NCBI GenBank assembly: GCA_026936335.1
Contig: JAPMXV010000029.1
Span: 682,001 to 746,000 of the forward strand
Origin: Mantamonas sphyraenae STR306
Lineage: Eukaryota > Protista > CRuMs
Reading direction: 5' to 3'
Length of the DNA stretch: 64,000 nt
Shown here: positions 38,901-53,900 of the stretch, in pieces
Position numbering within the stretch: the first letter of the stretch is position 1
Layout of the letters: the number at the start of each line of letters is the position of its first letter
Made by a program: the position numbers and the translations under genes
Notes under the pieces: model-generated
What the model was told of the DNA's origin: nothing
Databases searched by the model: none
The model's input: only the letters and a program-made list of their open reading frames with translations

Positions 38901-41900
38901 TTGCTCTTGGCGACGGCACCAACGACCGCCGCATGGAGATGACGGGCACGCGCACCGCACTGAACACAGCCCTGGCCGCCATTGTGTACCAAGGCGACCT
39001 TCACTGGAACCAGGGTGACACGGTCACCGTGGACGTGCACGACTACGCGCAGACAGGCAAGGGAGGCCAGCTTGCCGACACAGCAACCATTCCCATCAAC
39101 TTTGTGGCTGTCAACGATGCGCCTGTACTCACGGTGCCACCTGCTCAAGCGGGTTCGGAAGATGTCGACCTCCCCATCACGGGCATCAACATCACCGATG
39201 TCGACGTGGCAGGAGGCCAGCTGCGTGTCCAGATCGGCGTCACATCCGGTGTGTTGACCCTGGCCACCACGGTCGGGCTCAACTTTGCCTCCGGAGGTGG
39301 CTTTGCGGACGCAAGCATGGACTTCCAAGGCACGCTGACCCAGGTCAACAACGCTTTGGCCACAGTCACCTATCTCACCGACCTGCACTACAACGGCAAC
39401 GATGCCGTTTCCATTGCCGTGTACGATCAGGGCAACACAGGTGTGGGTGGCGTCCTGCAGGACTCGGGCAACATCCCGCTCACGCTTCAGGCCGTCAACG
39501 ACGCACCTACCTTTGGTGTGCCTGGTACGCAGAATGTGGACGAGGACACAGATCTCACCATTTACTTGGTGGGATTCACCGTTTCCGACGTGGATCTGTT
39601 CGGCGCAGATGTGCAGGTCAACCTTTCGTGTGCCTCGTGTCTGATGAACCTGACCACCACCACGGGCCTGGAATTCGTGGTCGGCGATGGCTTCCTCGAC
39701 CCGTTCATGTCCTTTACCGGCACTCGCACAGAGGTGAACAACGCCATCACAACCGTCGTTTACCGTGGCGAACCCGACTTCAACGGTTTCGACGCCGTGA
39801 CGGCGGTCGTGTCCGATCGTGGCTTCACCGGTTTTGGCGGTGAAAAGTTTTCCACCGACCAAACCGCGATCATCGTGAACCCGGTGAACGACGAGGTCAT
39901 CATCACCATCCCCACGGCCCTGTTTGTGTCCGAGGACATTGCGTACAGCATCGACAGCGTCAGCATCACCGACGTGGACATCGGGTCCGGCATCATGTCG
40001 GCCAACTTGTCTGTGAGCCACGGTTTGTTGCAGCTCGCATCCACCGAAGGCCTGACCTTTGCAGAGGGCAGTGCCGCACCCGGGCGTGTTTTCCGCTTGG
40101 ATGGCAACGTGACCAACATCGCCAAGGCGCTTCTGAACATGACCTACACGAGCGACCTGCACTACCACGGCACAGACTACCTCTACATCGAGGCGACGGA
40201 CAACGAGATTGGCAACGCCACGTTTACATGGAAGTATCTGGCCATCAACGTGGAGGCAGTCAACGATGCGCCTGTGCTCAGCGTGCCTGGCGCACAGGCG
40301 GTGAGCGAAGACGTGGCCATCACCCTCAATGGGATCAACGTCACCGATGTGGACGTGGATGCAGCCACCATGTTCTTCAACATCACGGCTGACCATGGTG
40401 TCATGTCCCTGGCCACCACCACGGGCTTTGCCATGACGTTTGGAGACGGAACAGCCGACACGGCCATGCGCTTCACAAGCACTTTGACCAGTTTCAACAC
40501 GGCTATGGCCGGTGGGCTCGTGTACCAGGGCAACCTGCACTTCAACGGCATCGAGACAATCCACATCACAGCCAGCGACCAGGGCAACACGGGCGTCACC
40601 GGAGGTGTGCTGCAGGATCTGCGCACCATTGTCATCAACGTGACTGCCGTCAATGACGCTCCCGTGTGGACGGTGCCTTCTGCACAGACTGTGGACGAGG
40701 ATGTCACCTTGAACATCACAGGCATCTCGTTGAGTGATGTCGATGTCGAGGCTCTCCCCATGGAGGTTAGCCTGCGCGTGTCCAACGGCACCTACAACCT
40801 TGCCTCCACAGCAGGCCTGACCTTTACGACGGGCACAGGCGCAAACGACCGGGAAACCGTGCTGCGTGGCTCTCTGACCGACATCAACGCCGCCCTGGTG
40901 TGGTTGACCTACACCGGCGACTTTGAGTTCTCCGGTTTGGACACTCTCCAGCTCAGTGTCAACGATCTTGGCCACGTCGGCGACGTCGGGCCGCTCTCCG
41001 ACGCTGCCTCGGTGCCCATCAATGTCGTGATCATCAACGACGCCCCACAGCTCTCCGTGAGCAGCTCCCAATCCGTTAGTGAAGACACAGACGTCACGAT
41101 TGCAGGCATGAGCGTGACCGATGTGGATGTGTTTGACCAGTCCATGCGTCTCAACGTGTCGGCTTCCAACGGTGTCGTCACTTTTGTCACCACCACAGGA
41201 CTGTCGTTCCTGTCCGGCACCAGCAACGGCGCATCGCTGCTCAACGTGCGCGGCACAGTGACTCAGATCAACGCAGCCCTGGGCACGGTCGTCTACCGTG
41301 GCAACCTGCATTGGTACGGCCAAGACCAGCTGCAGATTGCCGTCGACGATGAGGGCAACACAGGAAACGGGGGCGTCCAGAGCGCCTCTGGCGTCGTCAA
41401 CGTCACTGTTACGGCTGTCAACGACGCGCCTGTGCTCCAGGCAGTCAGCGATCAGACGGTGAACGAAGACACAGATCTGACCATTGCTGGTATTGGTGTG
41501 AGCGACGTGGATGTGTACGCCGTGCCACTTGAGGTCAACGTCAGCGTGTCGCAGGGAGTGCTCTCGCTGCCCAACACGGCCGGTTTGACATTCTTGGTTG
41601 GCGACGGCCAAGACGATGCCTTTATGCGCATTCGCGCCACCGTGACCAACATGCACGCTGCCCTGTCACCTATTGTGTACCGTGCGGCCCAGGATTACAA
41701 CGGAGCAGACACGCTGCAGGTCAGCGCCAGCGATTTGGGCGAGTCTGGCTTTGGTGGCGAGCTGCGTGATGCCTTTACAGTGGGCATCACCGTGCAGGCC
41801 GTCAACGATGTGCCCATCTTTGGCATCATCACTGACCAGGCCGTCAACGAGGACACAGACTTGACCATGCTGGGCATCACCGTCACCGACGTCGATGTCT

Positions 41901-44900
41901 TTGCTGGTGCTCTTACCGTCAACGTGAGCGTCGGCCACGGAGTGCTCACCCTCCCCAACACGGCTGGTCTCACGTTTAGCCGCGGCGACGGTACGCAGGA
42001 CCCTGTGCTCACTTTCACGGCGGACGTGACCACGGCCACCGCGCGTCTGGGCACCATTGTGTACCGCGGTGATGTCAACTACAACGGCGCCGACGCGCTG
42101 GTGCTGTATGTCAACGACAACGGTGCCACTGGTCTGGGCGGACCTTTGTCGTCCACGCAGACCATCAACCTGAACGTCGTCCCGGTCAACGACGCGCCCG
42201 TACTGACTGTGCCCGTGGGCTCGATCACCTCTGAGGATGTGATCGGTTTCTTCAACGGCATGAGCGTCAGCGACGTGGACGTTGCGAATGCGATTGTCAG
42301 CGTCAACATCACTGCAACGCTGGGCCTGGTGATGACCGGTGGCACGACCACGGGACTCACGTACACCGTAGGCAACGGCGCCTCATTCTTCCCCGAGCTG
42401 CGCTTCTACGGCACCCTGACCCAAATCAACGCTGGCATCTCCACCATGCGCTACCTGCCGCTGGCCGACCGCAACGGCGACGACTTTGTGCAGGTGAGCG
42501 TGTCTGATGGCGGTGCCACGGGTCTGGGAGGCGCACTGTTCGACCAGGCCGTGTGGGTGGTCAACGTCACTGCCGTGAACGACGCACCCGTGTGGTCTCT
42601 GCCTACAGGTGGCACACCCGTTGTCCTCGAGGAGAACGACTTGATCATCACGGGCGTCGACGTGAACGACGTCGATGTCAAAGACCGTGTCATGGCGTTC
42701 AACATCAGCAGCGGCATTGGTCTCATTACGCTGAATAGCACTGCAGGGTTGACGTTTGAGAGCGGAGACGGCGTGGCAGACGCGTACATGCGCTTCTACA
42801 GCACCCTGACGGCTGCTCGCAACGCAGTGCAGCAGCTTGTGTACCGCTCGCAACCGAACCTGCACGGAAACGACGTGCTTGTGTTCACTGCCGACGACCA
42901 GGGAGCACTGGGCGCAGGCGGTGCGCTGATCCACAATGTCACGTACAATGTGTTTGTGACATCCGTGAATGACGCCCCGGAGGTGATCCTGCCCAGCCAG
43001 GGTACGGTGGCCGAAGAAGCGGATCTCAGCATTGCCGGTGTCAGCCTGACTGATGTCGACGTGGGTGCCTCTACGTTGTATGTCAACATGAGTGTGGGAA
43101 GCGGTGTGTTGTCGCTGGCGACCACCACAGGTCTCACCTTTACGCTGAACTTGGGTGTGCCCATCGGCGACGGCGTCCAGGACCGAGTGATGGACTTTTC
43201 GGGCACCCTGACTGCCATCAACGCAGCCCTGGCCACAGTTGTGTACACGGGAAACCAGCACTACTTTGGCACCGACTTTTTGTACATCGGTGTGCGTGAC
43301 GGCGGAGCCAGCGGCGCAGGAGGCGAATTGAGCGGGAGCAACACCATGACCATTACCGTCGTGGGTGTCAACGATGCTCCTGTGGTCATTGCCCCAAGTA
43401 CGGCCACGGCAACCGAGGATGTCGACCTGGTCGTTGCAGGTGTGGCCGTGAGCGATGTCGATGTGGCCAACAACCTGCTTGGCGTCAATTTGACAGTGAC
43501 TGCAGGCACGTTGACCCTGAGTGGCACCTCGGGCCTCACCTTTGTGCAAGGCGACGGCACGGCCGACGCAGACATGATCCTGCGCGGCACAATCACCGAC
43601 GTCAATGCTGCACTGAACAATTTGGTGTACCGCACAAACCTGCACAGCGTGGCTGCCGACACCCTGTCCATCGGCGTCGAAGACTTTGGCTCGTTTGGCA
43701 CGGGTGGCCCGCTGAGCGGAAGCGGAAGTGTTGCGATCGCCGTGACGGCGGTCAACGACGCACCGTACTTCACTGTGCCCAGCGCACAGTCTGTCAACGA
43801 AGACACCGACTTGACCCTCGTGGGAGTCAGCGTGTCTGATGTCGATGTGAACGCAGCCACACTGAACGTCAACATGAGCGTGAGTCTTGGTCAGCTGTGG
43901 CTGAGCACAACCGCAGGTCTGACCTTTTCCACGGGCTCCGGCTCTGCAGACGCCAGCATACATGGCACTGGCAGCGTTACATCGTGGCAGAATGCACTGA
44001 CCAACATGGTGTACCGCGGCAACGCGCATGTGTATGGCACCGACACGCTGCATCTCGGAGTGCGCGACAATGCAGCCAGCGGCGTGGGCGGCGAACTCAG
44101 CGGCGCGTCGGCACTTACCATCACCGTAGTGTCGATCAACGATGCGCCTGTGGTGAGCACACCAGGGACAGCCTCTGTGATGGAGGACATCCCTGCTGCC
44201 ATCAGCGGTGTGTCTGTGAGCGACGTGGACGTGTACGCCGCTCCGTTGCTGGTCAACGTGAGCACCTCGCATGGATTGATCACCTTGGCGACCACCGAGG
44301 GTCTGACCATGCTGCAGGGCGACGGTACGCAGGACGCCACAGTCCGTTTCAACGCAGCCAACCTGACGCGTGTCAACAACGCTCTGGCCGGCTTGGTGTA
44401 CGTGAACCAGCCTGACTACAATGGAGGAGACATCATGACCATCACCGTGGAGGATCTGGGCCAGAGCGGAGTGGGCGGCAGCCTAGTCGGCGTGGGCACC
44501 GTGACAATCACCGTCCAAGCGGCCAACGACGCGCCTGTTGTCAGCGGCCCCACATGGGCAGCTGTCAATGAGGACACCGACTTGACCATCTCTGGATTCA
44601 GTGTCACCGATGTGGACGCTGCAGGTGACAATCTGTGGCTGAACATCTCTGCGGGCGCCGGTGCGGTGTCCCTCCCTGTCACTGCCGGCCTGTCCTTCCG
44701 TGTGGGTGACGGTGCTGCAGACAGCTACATGGAAGCACAGGGCACGCTGACGGCCATCAACGCAGCCCTTGCGACCGTGGTGTACCGTGCAAACAGCAAC
44801 TACGACGGCTCCGACAAGTTGCAGGTTCTGGTGGACGACCAAGGCCACAACGGCCTGGGCGGAGCCAAGTTTGGCAACAGAAGCACCCTTGTGCAGATGA

Positions 44901-47900
44901 CAGCCATCAACGATGCGCCCTACCTGCCGGTCCTGGCCACAAAGGTGACCAACGAAGACACAAACCTGACCATCAGTGATCTGGCCATTTCCGACGTGGA
45001 CATCCGCAGCAACGCCATCACCGTCAACATGACCGTGATGTACGGTCGCATCAGTTTGGCCAGCACAGCGGGCATCACGTTTACGCTTGGCTCGGGCAGC
45101 GGTGACCGCTTGGTTCAGTTCCAGGGCACTCTCACGGACGCCAACACGGCTCTGAACGGCATGATTTACACGCCAGACACCAACTTTTACGGCAGCGACA
45201 CTCTGTTGGCGTGGGCGAGCGACAGTGGATTCGTGGGTTCCGGCGGTGAGCTCCTGGGCAACTCGAGCATTCCCATCACGGTCACAAGCCTGAACGATGC
45301 CCCAGAGGTGGATGCACCGGCCTCGTTGTCCGCCTCAGAAGACATCGAGTACACCATGACCAGCGTCTCTGTCACTGACGTCGACGTTGCGTCCAGCCCG
45401 CTGAGCGTAACCATGGGCGTCACGCAGGGTGTCCTCACGCTGAACGGCACGGCTGGCCTCACATTTACGCTGGGCGATGGCTCTGCCGATGCGACCATGC
45501 GATTTTCGGGTACGCTGACAAACGTCAACGCAGCTCTCCAGGGCGCAGTATATGCGTCGACCCCCGAGTGGAATGGCGTCGACACGCTCAATCTGCAGGT
45601 GAATGACCAAGGCGCAACTGGCGCTGGTGGAGCACAGTCGGCTACCGTGAACATTCCCATCAACGTGGCCTCCATCAACGATGGCCCGGCCATCGACATC
45701 GGCGCAAACCAAACGATTGCCGAGGACACAGCAGCCACCATCACTGGATACACAGTATCCGACTCTGATCTTGGCACAAAGTCCATGTACATTCGTCTGT
45801 CCACGACGAATGGTGTGATCACGCTGAAGCAAACCACTGGTCTCGTGTTTGACACCGGCAGTGACGGCACACGCGATCCCACGCAGATTTTCACCGGTTC
45901 TCTCACCAATGTGCGCAATGCAATTTCGCAAATTGTGTATGAACCCAACGCAGACTACTATGGCGTGGACGCAATCCGCGGAGAGACCAACGATTTCGGC
46001 TTCACCGGTGCAGGAGGTGCCCAGGGCGATCTCAAGTACCTGTATGTGACGGTGACCCCTGTGAACGACCCGCCCAGTTGGAACGTCCCCACCACACGCA
46101 CGCTCGATGAGGACACCGAATTGACTGTGGGTGGCGGCGTGATCAACATTGCGGATGTCGACGGAAGCGGCGGAGACATTGAGACTCGTGTCACCGTCGA
46201 TCAAGGACGCGTGGCGTTGGCCAACACCAATGGTTTGACATTTACCACGGGAACGGGTGCGTATGACACACAGATGATTTTTACGGGCACGTTGGACGCG
46301 ACAAACCAAGGTCTGTACTTTTTCATCTACCGTCCGGATCAGGACTTTGCTGGCACCGCTACGGTGACGCTGTGGACGGATGACCGTGGAAATGTGGGCA
46401 CCGGCCCGTCGTACCAACGCCAGACAACGCTGCAGTTTGTGGTGAATCCGCTCAATGACGAACCGCGTCTGCTCAACCCCATTGTGGGCACACAGACAGT
46501 GAGTGAGGACACCGACCTCACCCTCACAGGCATTGGAGTCACAGACAACGACGTCACGACCCAGATGGTGGAGATCTCCTTGTCCGCTTCGTACGGTACG
46601 CTGACGCTGCCCACGACCACTGGCTTTGTCTTTGGCGTGGGTGACGGTATCGCAGACGCCACGATGAAGTTTAACACGACCATGGCCAACTTCAACAGCA
46701 GCATGAGTGGCTCTGGCATCGTGTACCGCGGCAACGCTCACTATTTTGGAAGCGATGTGATTTCACTCAATGTCAGCGACAATGGTATCAGCGGACTGCC
46801 TGGTGCCCGTACGGACAGCTCAACTATTGTTGTTTGTGGTCAGTATCAATGACGCTCCTTTGGTCACCGTGCCTGCAGCACAGGCTGTGAACGAAGACAC
46901 GGATCTGACACTGAGCGCCGCCACGGCCATTTCGGTGAGCGACGTCGACGTGGGCGGCGCCAACGTGTACATGGAGCTCAATGTGACGCAAGGTGCCATC
47001 ACATTCGTGAGTACCACCGGACTCACTTTTGACAATGCATGCACAGGCACTGCCTGCGCTGTGGCCAAGCTGCACGCAGACCTGACTGCCCTCAACGCAG
47101 CCCTGGCGACCATTGTGTACCGCCCGGGAAGCCACTACAACGGTGCGGATACGCTAGGCGTGTATGCACATGACAACGGCGTGCAGGGTACTGGCGGCCA
47201 GCTTCAAGACTACAAGACCGTGGCACTTACCGTCAACGCAGTCAACGACGCGCCGACCATCACTGCACCTGGATTGCAGGTGGTCACTGAAGATCAAACC
47301 ACGTCACTGAATGGTTTGATATCTGTGTCCGACTTGGACGTGTTTGCAAACAACCTGCGCCTGAACCTGAGTGTGGCCAACGGCCAGCTGAGCCTCGACT
47401 CTGCTGTCGCCGGCTTGACTGTGGTCCAAGGCAACGTGTCTGCAGATACCGACTTGCGTCTGCTTGGTACACTCACTGTGCTGAACAACGCCCTCAATGT
47501 GCTTTCGTACACACCGGGCCTGAATTTTGAGGGTGTCGACCAGCTGTCCATGGTAATCGACGACAACGGCTACACCGGCAGCGGAGGAGTGCTATCCACC
47601 TCTGTTCAAATGGCGCTTGGAGTCAATGGTGCAAACGATGCTCCGGTGGTCAATCTGCCTGCCACGCAGAGTGTGGCTGAGGACGTGGATCTGACCATCA
47701 GCGGCATCTCCATTGCCGACTCGGACATCGGTGCAAACCAAGGCCGCGTCCGATTGAACGTCAGCCATGGCGTACTCACCGTGGTTTCTACCTCGGGTCT
47801 GTCGTTCAACCTCGGTGATGGATCTGCAGACACGGAAATGCAGTTCACCGGGACCATCACGCAGCTCAACCTGGCGCTGAGCTCAGTGATTTACCGCAAC

Positions 47901-50900
47901 AACATCGACTACAACGGCGATGACACCATTCTCGTGGAGGCCAATGACCTGGGCAACACCGGCGTGGGTGGAGCCCTCACAGCTTCCCGCACGCTCACCG
48001 TCCAGGTGACGCCTGTGAACGACCGCCCTGCCATCACACCTGTGGGTGGAGTGAACGTGGACGAGGACACGGATCTGACGATCGTAGGTGTGCAAGTGAC
48101 CGATATCGACGTCCTTGACGGATCGATGGAGATGAACTTGACGGTGACGCATGGTGTGCTGACGAGCGTGAACGCAGGCGGCGTGACGTTTGTGTCTGGC
48201 ACGAGCAACGGAGGACGCAGTCTGGTGCTGAACGGCACGGTGACGGCGCTGAACGCGGCCATCGGGCAGGTGGTGTACCACGGCGACCTGCACTTCTTTG
48301 GCAGCGACTCGCTCGAACTGAGCGTGCGCGACAAGGGCAACACGGGAGCCGGCGGTGAGCAGACAGACAGCCAGAGTGTGGCGATCACTGTGAATGGTGT
48401 GAACGACGCGCTGGTGATCACTCTGCCGAGTGCACAGAGTGTGGCTGAGGACACGGATCTGACGATTGGTGGCATCAGCGTGAGCGATGTGGACGTGGCC
48501 GGATTTGCGTTCCGAGTGAACGTGAGTGTGAGCGCAGGCAGCCTGTGGCTGGGCAGCACGACGGGTCTGACGTTTGGCAGTGGCGACGGAGTGAACGACA
48601 CGTGGATTGTGTTTGACGGGTCGATCACGGCTGTGAACGCAGCACTGTCGAACATGGTGTACCGTGGAGTGACACAGTACAACGGAGCAGACGGGCTTGT
48701 TGTGTGGGTGTCTGACCAGGGAGCAGTCGGCAGCGGTGGTGAGCAGGTGTCGAACAAGACACTTGTGATCAACGTGGTGGCTGTGAACGATGCACCTGTG
48801 CTGAGTGTGCCTGGGGCACAGAGCACGGCCGAGGACACTGCGCTGACAGTGAGCGGCGTGAGTGTGGCGGACGTGGACGTTGCGGGCGGAGCGATGAACG
48901 TGAACGTGAGTGTGAGTGCTGGCCGAGTGTGGCTGGCGAGCACGAACGGCCTTGTGTTCAGTGCAGGCAACGGCAGCAGCGACGGACGGGTGGAGTTCAG
49001 CGGCAGCGTGACGGATGTGAACAACGCGCTGGCGACAGTTGTGTACATGCCGGACAGTGCGTTCAACGGAGTGGACAGCATTGTGGTGAGCGTGAACGAC
49101 GGTGGCAACACGGGCAGTGGCGGAGTGCTTGGAGACAGTGGCAGCATTGTTGTGACTGTGTCGAGCGTGAACGACGCGCCTGTGCTGAGTGTGCCGAGTG
49201 GACAGAGCGGCGTTGAGGACACGGATCTGACGATTGGTGGCATCAGCGTGAGCGATGTGGATGCCGCAGCTGGACTTGTGGGCGTCAAGGTGGCCGCTGC
49301 ACAGGGTACAGTGAGTCTGGGATCGCTGTCTGGAGTTGTGTTCAACGCTGGAGACGGCGTGCGTGACGCATTCATCGATTTCAACGCCACGTTGACAAAC
49401 GCCAACGCCGCGCTTAACAACCTGGTGTATCTGGGAAGCCAGCATCTTGTGGGTGACGACGTGATCGCCATCAACGTGACCGATTACGGAAACAGTGGCG
49501 TTGGAGGTGCACTGAGCGACAGCGCAAGCTTCGTCGTCACCCTCAGCGCAGTCAACGACGCACCAACCGTCATTTTGCCCAGCTCCCCGTCGGGCAACGA
49601 GGATTCAAACATTGCTGTCGCCGGCATCAGCGTGAGCGATGTGGATGTGGCAGACAACTTCCTGGCGGTCAACCTGACTGCCGGTTCAGGCACCCTCAGT
49701 CTTGTCACTTTCGACGGCATCTCGCTTACTGGAGCCAGCACCGGTACAAATGACGCCGTTCTTGCCTTTGTGGGCAACATCACTTCGGTGAACAACGCTC
49801 TGGCGAACATCCTGTACCGTGGGGACGCCAACTTTAATGGCGTCGACCAAATTGTGGTTGGCGTGGAAGACGGTGGCGCTGTTGGCACAGGTGGCTCTCT
49901 CTACGCACAGGCATCGTTGGCCATCACCGTCAACGGAGTCAACGATGCCACCGACACTGCAGGTGCCTGCGACGCAAAGTGTCCTCGAGGGCACGACCGT
50001 CACCATGGCCGGACTGACGTTGTCGGACATCGACGCCGCCAGTGGAACCATGGAATTGCAGCTGCAGGTGACGAGTGGTCTTCTCACGCTGAATGGTGCC
50101 ACGACTGGACTGACTTTTGTCACGGGCGGGCCGTCTCTGAATGCTCTCATGGTTTTCCGAGGCACGCTCTCTCAGCTGAACACGTCGGTGAGCAGTCTGG
50201 TGTACGAGCCTGCGCAGTATTTCAATGGTCAGGACACCGTCAGCGTCTTGTTGTCGGACCTCGGCTTCACGGGCATTGGCGGCACTCTGTCCACGCAAGG
50301 GTCGTTCAACATCACTGTGACCCCGTACAACAACGCACCGACCATCGCTGTGCCCGGGGCGCAGAGCACCGAAGAGGACACCCTTGTCAACATCGTGGGT
50401 GTCAGCGTCTCCGATATTGATGCAGGTGCCACTCCGGTCAGTGTCAACGCTAGCGCCGCAAACGGTGTCATTGTGCTCGCCTCTACAACAGGCATCACAT
50501 TCACCACAGGCGACAACTCAGGAGTTGCACTCATGCGATTCACCGGCACGTTGACGGATGTGAACACGGCTCTTGCCACTCTGGCGTACACTCCCAACAA
50601 CAACTACTTTGGTACAGACACCATCTCTGTGGGCGTGAACGACAACGGAGGCACAGGTGAAGGCGGGCCGGCAAGCTCTGCCAGCTCGTTCACCGTGCTC
50701 GTCAATGCAGTCAACGACAACATGAACATAACGGTTCTGGGTGCACAAACAGTCAACGAAGACACTGATCTGACTCTGTTTGGCATCACCCTGACGGACC
50801 AGGACGTGGGCACGAACGAGATCCTGGTCAATTTGACCACGAACATCGGCACCCTTACTTTGTCCAACACAACCGGGTTGACGTTCTATCTCGGCAACGG

Positions 50901-53900
50901 GACGGCAGACTCCAACATGCAGCTCTTGGGCTCGCTGGCCATCATCAACGACGCCCTGCACGGAGCCGTGTACCGCAGTTTGCTCAACCAGAACGGCGCA
51001 GACACACTGGACATTTGGGTGTCCGACCGTGGCTTTGGCAGCGCGAATGGCACTGTGACCATCAGCCAGAAAGCGCAGATCATCAACGTGGCCCCGGTGA
51101 ACGACGCACCTGTGCTCACACCCAGCCCTGCCTCGGTTTCCGTCGATGAAGACAGTCAGCTTACCCTGTCTGGCATTTCCGTCGCAGACGTCGACGTGGC
51201 CGCGTCCTCTCTTTTCTTCAACTTCACTGTGTCCAGGGGCTCACTTTCGCTGGGAAGTACGACCGGTTTGTTGTTCACCCTTGGCGCCGGATCAGGTGAC
51301 AAGGCCATGCACTTCACCGCCACCACAACCCAGTTTGCAAGTGCCATCGCCGCAGCTGGCCTCGTGTACCAACCGGACCCGAACTACAATGGAGTGGATG
51401 TCCTCCACCTCCTCGTGTCCGACCAGGGCGCAACAGGCTCCGGTGGCGCTCTCACGGATACCGCTACAACCGTTATCACAGTCAATGCGGTCAACGACGG
51501 ACCGACCGTCGTCGTGCCGAGCTCCCAGAGCGCTGTGGAGGATGTTCAGTTGACCATTGCTGGCATTTCAGTGTCGGACATTGATGCAGGCGCATCGCTG
51601 GTGACCGTCAACGCGAGTGTCTCCAACGGACAGATCTGGCTTCGAAACACGACTTCCTTGATCTTTGCGCTTGGCAGCGGATCTGCAGATGTGGATGTGC
51701 GCTTCCGTGGTACGCTCACCGCCGTCAACGAGGCCTTGAGTAGCGTGGTCTACCTGGCACAGTCTCACTACAACGGAGCGGACACCCTCGTGATCAACGT
51801 CGATGACAACGGCAACAGTGGCTCCGGTGGGTTGCTTACAGCATCCGCCTCCGTTCCGCTTTCTGTCGCTGCAGTCAACGACGCCCCGGTGTTGACGGTG
51901 CCTGCTGCCCAGAGCACGAATGAGGACGCAGCGCCCCTGGTGATCTCGGGTATCAGCGTCACCGACGTGGATGCGGGAGCAAACGCGATGCAGTTCAACA
52001 TGTCCGTGTCCAGCGGCACCATCACGATTCCTACAACCGCAGGGCTCACCTTCGTTGTCGGTGACGGTGTCAACGACCGATTTGTCTCGTTTACGACCTC
52101 AATGACCAACTTCAACACCAGCATGACCACGGGAGGCGTCGCGTACTCGGGCGACCTGAACTTTGAGGGAACGGACACCTTGCTTGTAGTCGTCAGCGAT
52201 CTCGGCAACACCGGCGGCGTCGCTCTGACAAACACAGGCTCTGTCACCATCACGGTCAATGCTGTGAACGACGCCCCACTCATTACTGTGCCTGGCGCCC
52301 AGGTGGTAAACGAAGAGTCCGACCTGCTGGTGTCAGGCATCAGCGTTGCAGACGTCGATGTGGCAACCGGCTCCATGTCCTTCAACGCCAGCGTGTCCAA
52401 CGGTATCATCCGCCTCGGGTCATCGGTGCCCTCTCTGACCTCGATCAGTGGCAACAACTCTGCGTCGTTGTCGTTCACCGGCTCGCTCACGGCGCTGAAC
52501 AACGCCCTGGCCACGCTTGTGTATCATGGCAATGTGAACTTCCAGGGCGTGGACACGCTGCTCTTGGGTGTGCGAGACAACGGCAACACGGGAAGCGGCG
52601 GTGAGCTCAGTCACGCTGCCTCTGTTTCTATCACCGTGGCGGAAGTCAATGACCCGCCCGTTCTCACCGCACCCTCGAGTGCAACTGCCAACGAAGATGT
52701 TGACGTGACCATTGGTGGTGTGTCTGTTGCAGACCCGGATGTCGGTGGTGGCCTCATGTCCTTCAACATCAGTGTGAGCAATGGCGTGCTCACGCTGCCG
52801 AACCGAAACAGTGGTGAAGTTTTCGTTGTTGGCGACGGCGTTCAAGATGGAACCATCCACCTGCTGGGCAACGTGACCACAATCAACGCGGTGTCCAGCG
52901 CCATTGTCTACCGCGCCAATGAGAACTACAACGGGCCGGATACCCTCAGCGTGTTTGTCAGCGATCGTGGACACTCCGGCTCTGGTGGAGCTCTTTCGGA
53001 TTCCGCGAACGTGGCGATCACGGTTGTGGCTGTGAACGACGGCCCTGTGCTGAGTGTTGTGTCTGCACAGAGTGTGGCTGAGGACGTGGATCTGACGATC
53101 AACGGCATCAGCGTGACGGACGTGGACGTTGCAGGCAACGCATTCCAGGCGAACGTGAGCGTGAGCCAGGGTGTGGTGACCGCAGTGACGACGACGGGCC
53201 TGACATTCAGTGTTGGCGACGGTGCGTCGGACGCGACGATGAGCTTCACGGGCACGCTGACCCAGGTGCAGACTGCACTGGGTGTGCTGGTGTACCGCGG
53301 GGCACAGGATTACAACGGCGCAGACACGCTTGTGGTGCGCGTGAGTGACCTGGGCAACGTGGGTGTGGGGGGAGAGTTGACAGACAGCGGCAGCGTGGGC
53401 ATCACGGTGACGCAGGTGAACGACCGACCTGCCATCACACCTGTGGGTGGAGTGAACGTGGACGAGGACACGGATCTGACGATTGCAGGCATCACTGTGA
53501 CGGACATTGACGTGGGCGGAGAGTCCATGGAGATGAACTTGACGGTGACGCATGGTGTGCTGACAAGCGTGAACGCAGGCGGCGTGACGTTTGTGTCTGG
53601 CACGAGCAACGGAGGACGCAGTCTGGTGCTGAACGGCACGGTGACGGCGCTGAACGCGGCCATCGGGCAGGTGGTGTACCACGGCGACCTGCACTTCTTT
53701 GGCAGCGACTCGCTCGAACTGAGCGTGCGCGACAAGGGCAACACGGGAGCCGGCGGTGAGCAGACAGACAGCCAGAGTGTGGCGATCACTGTGAATGGTG
53801 TGAACGACGCGCTGGTGATCACTCTGCCGAGTGCACAGAGTGTGGCTGAGGACACGGATCTGACGATTGGTGGCATCAGCGTGAGCGATGTGGACGTGGC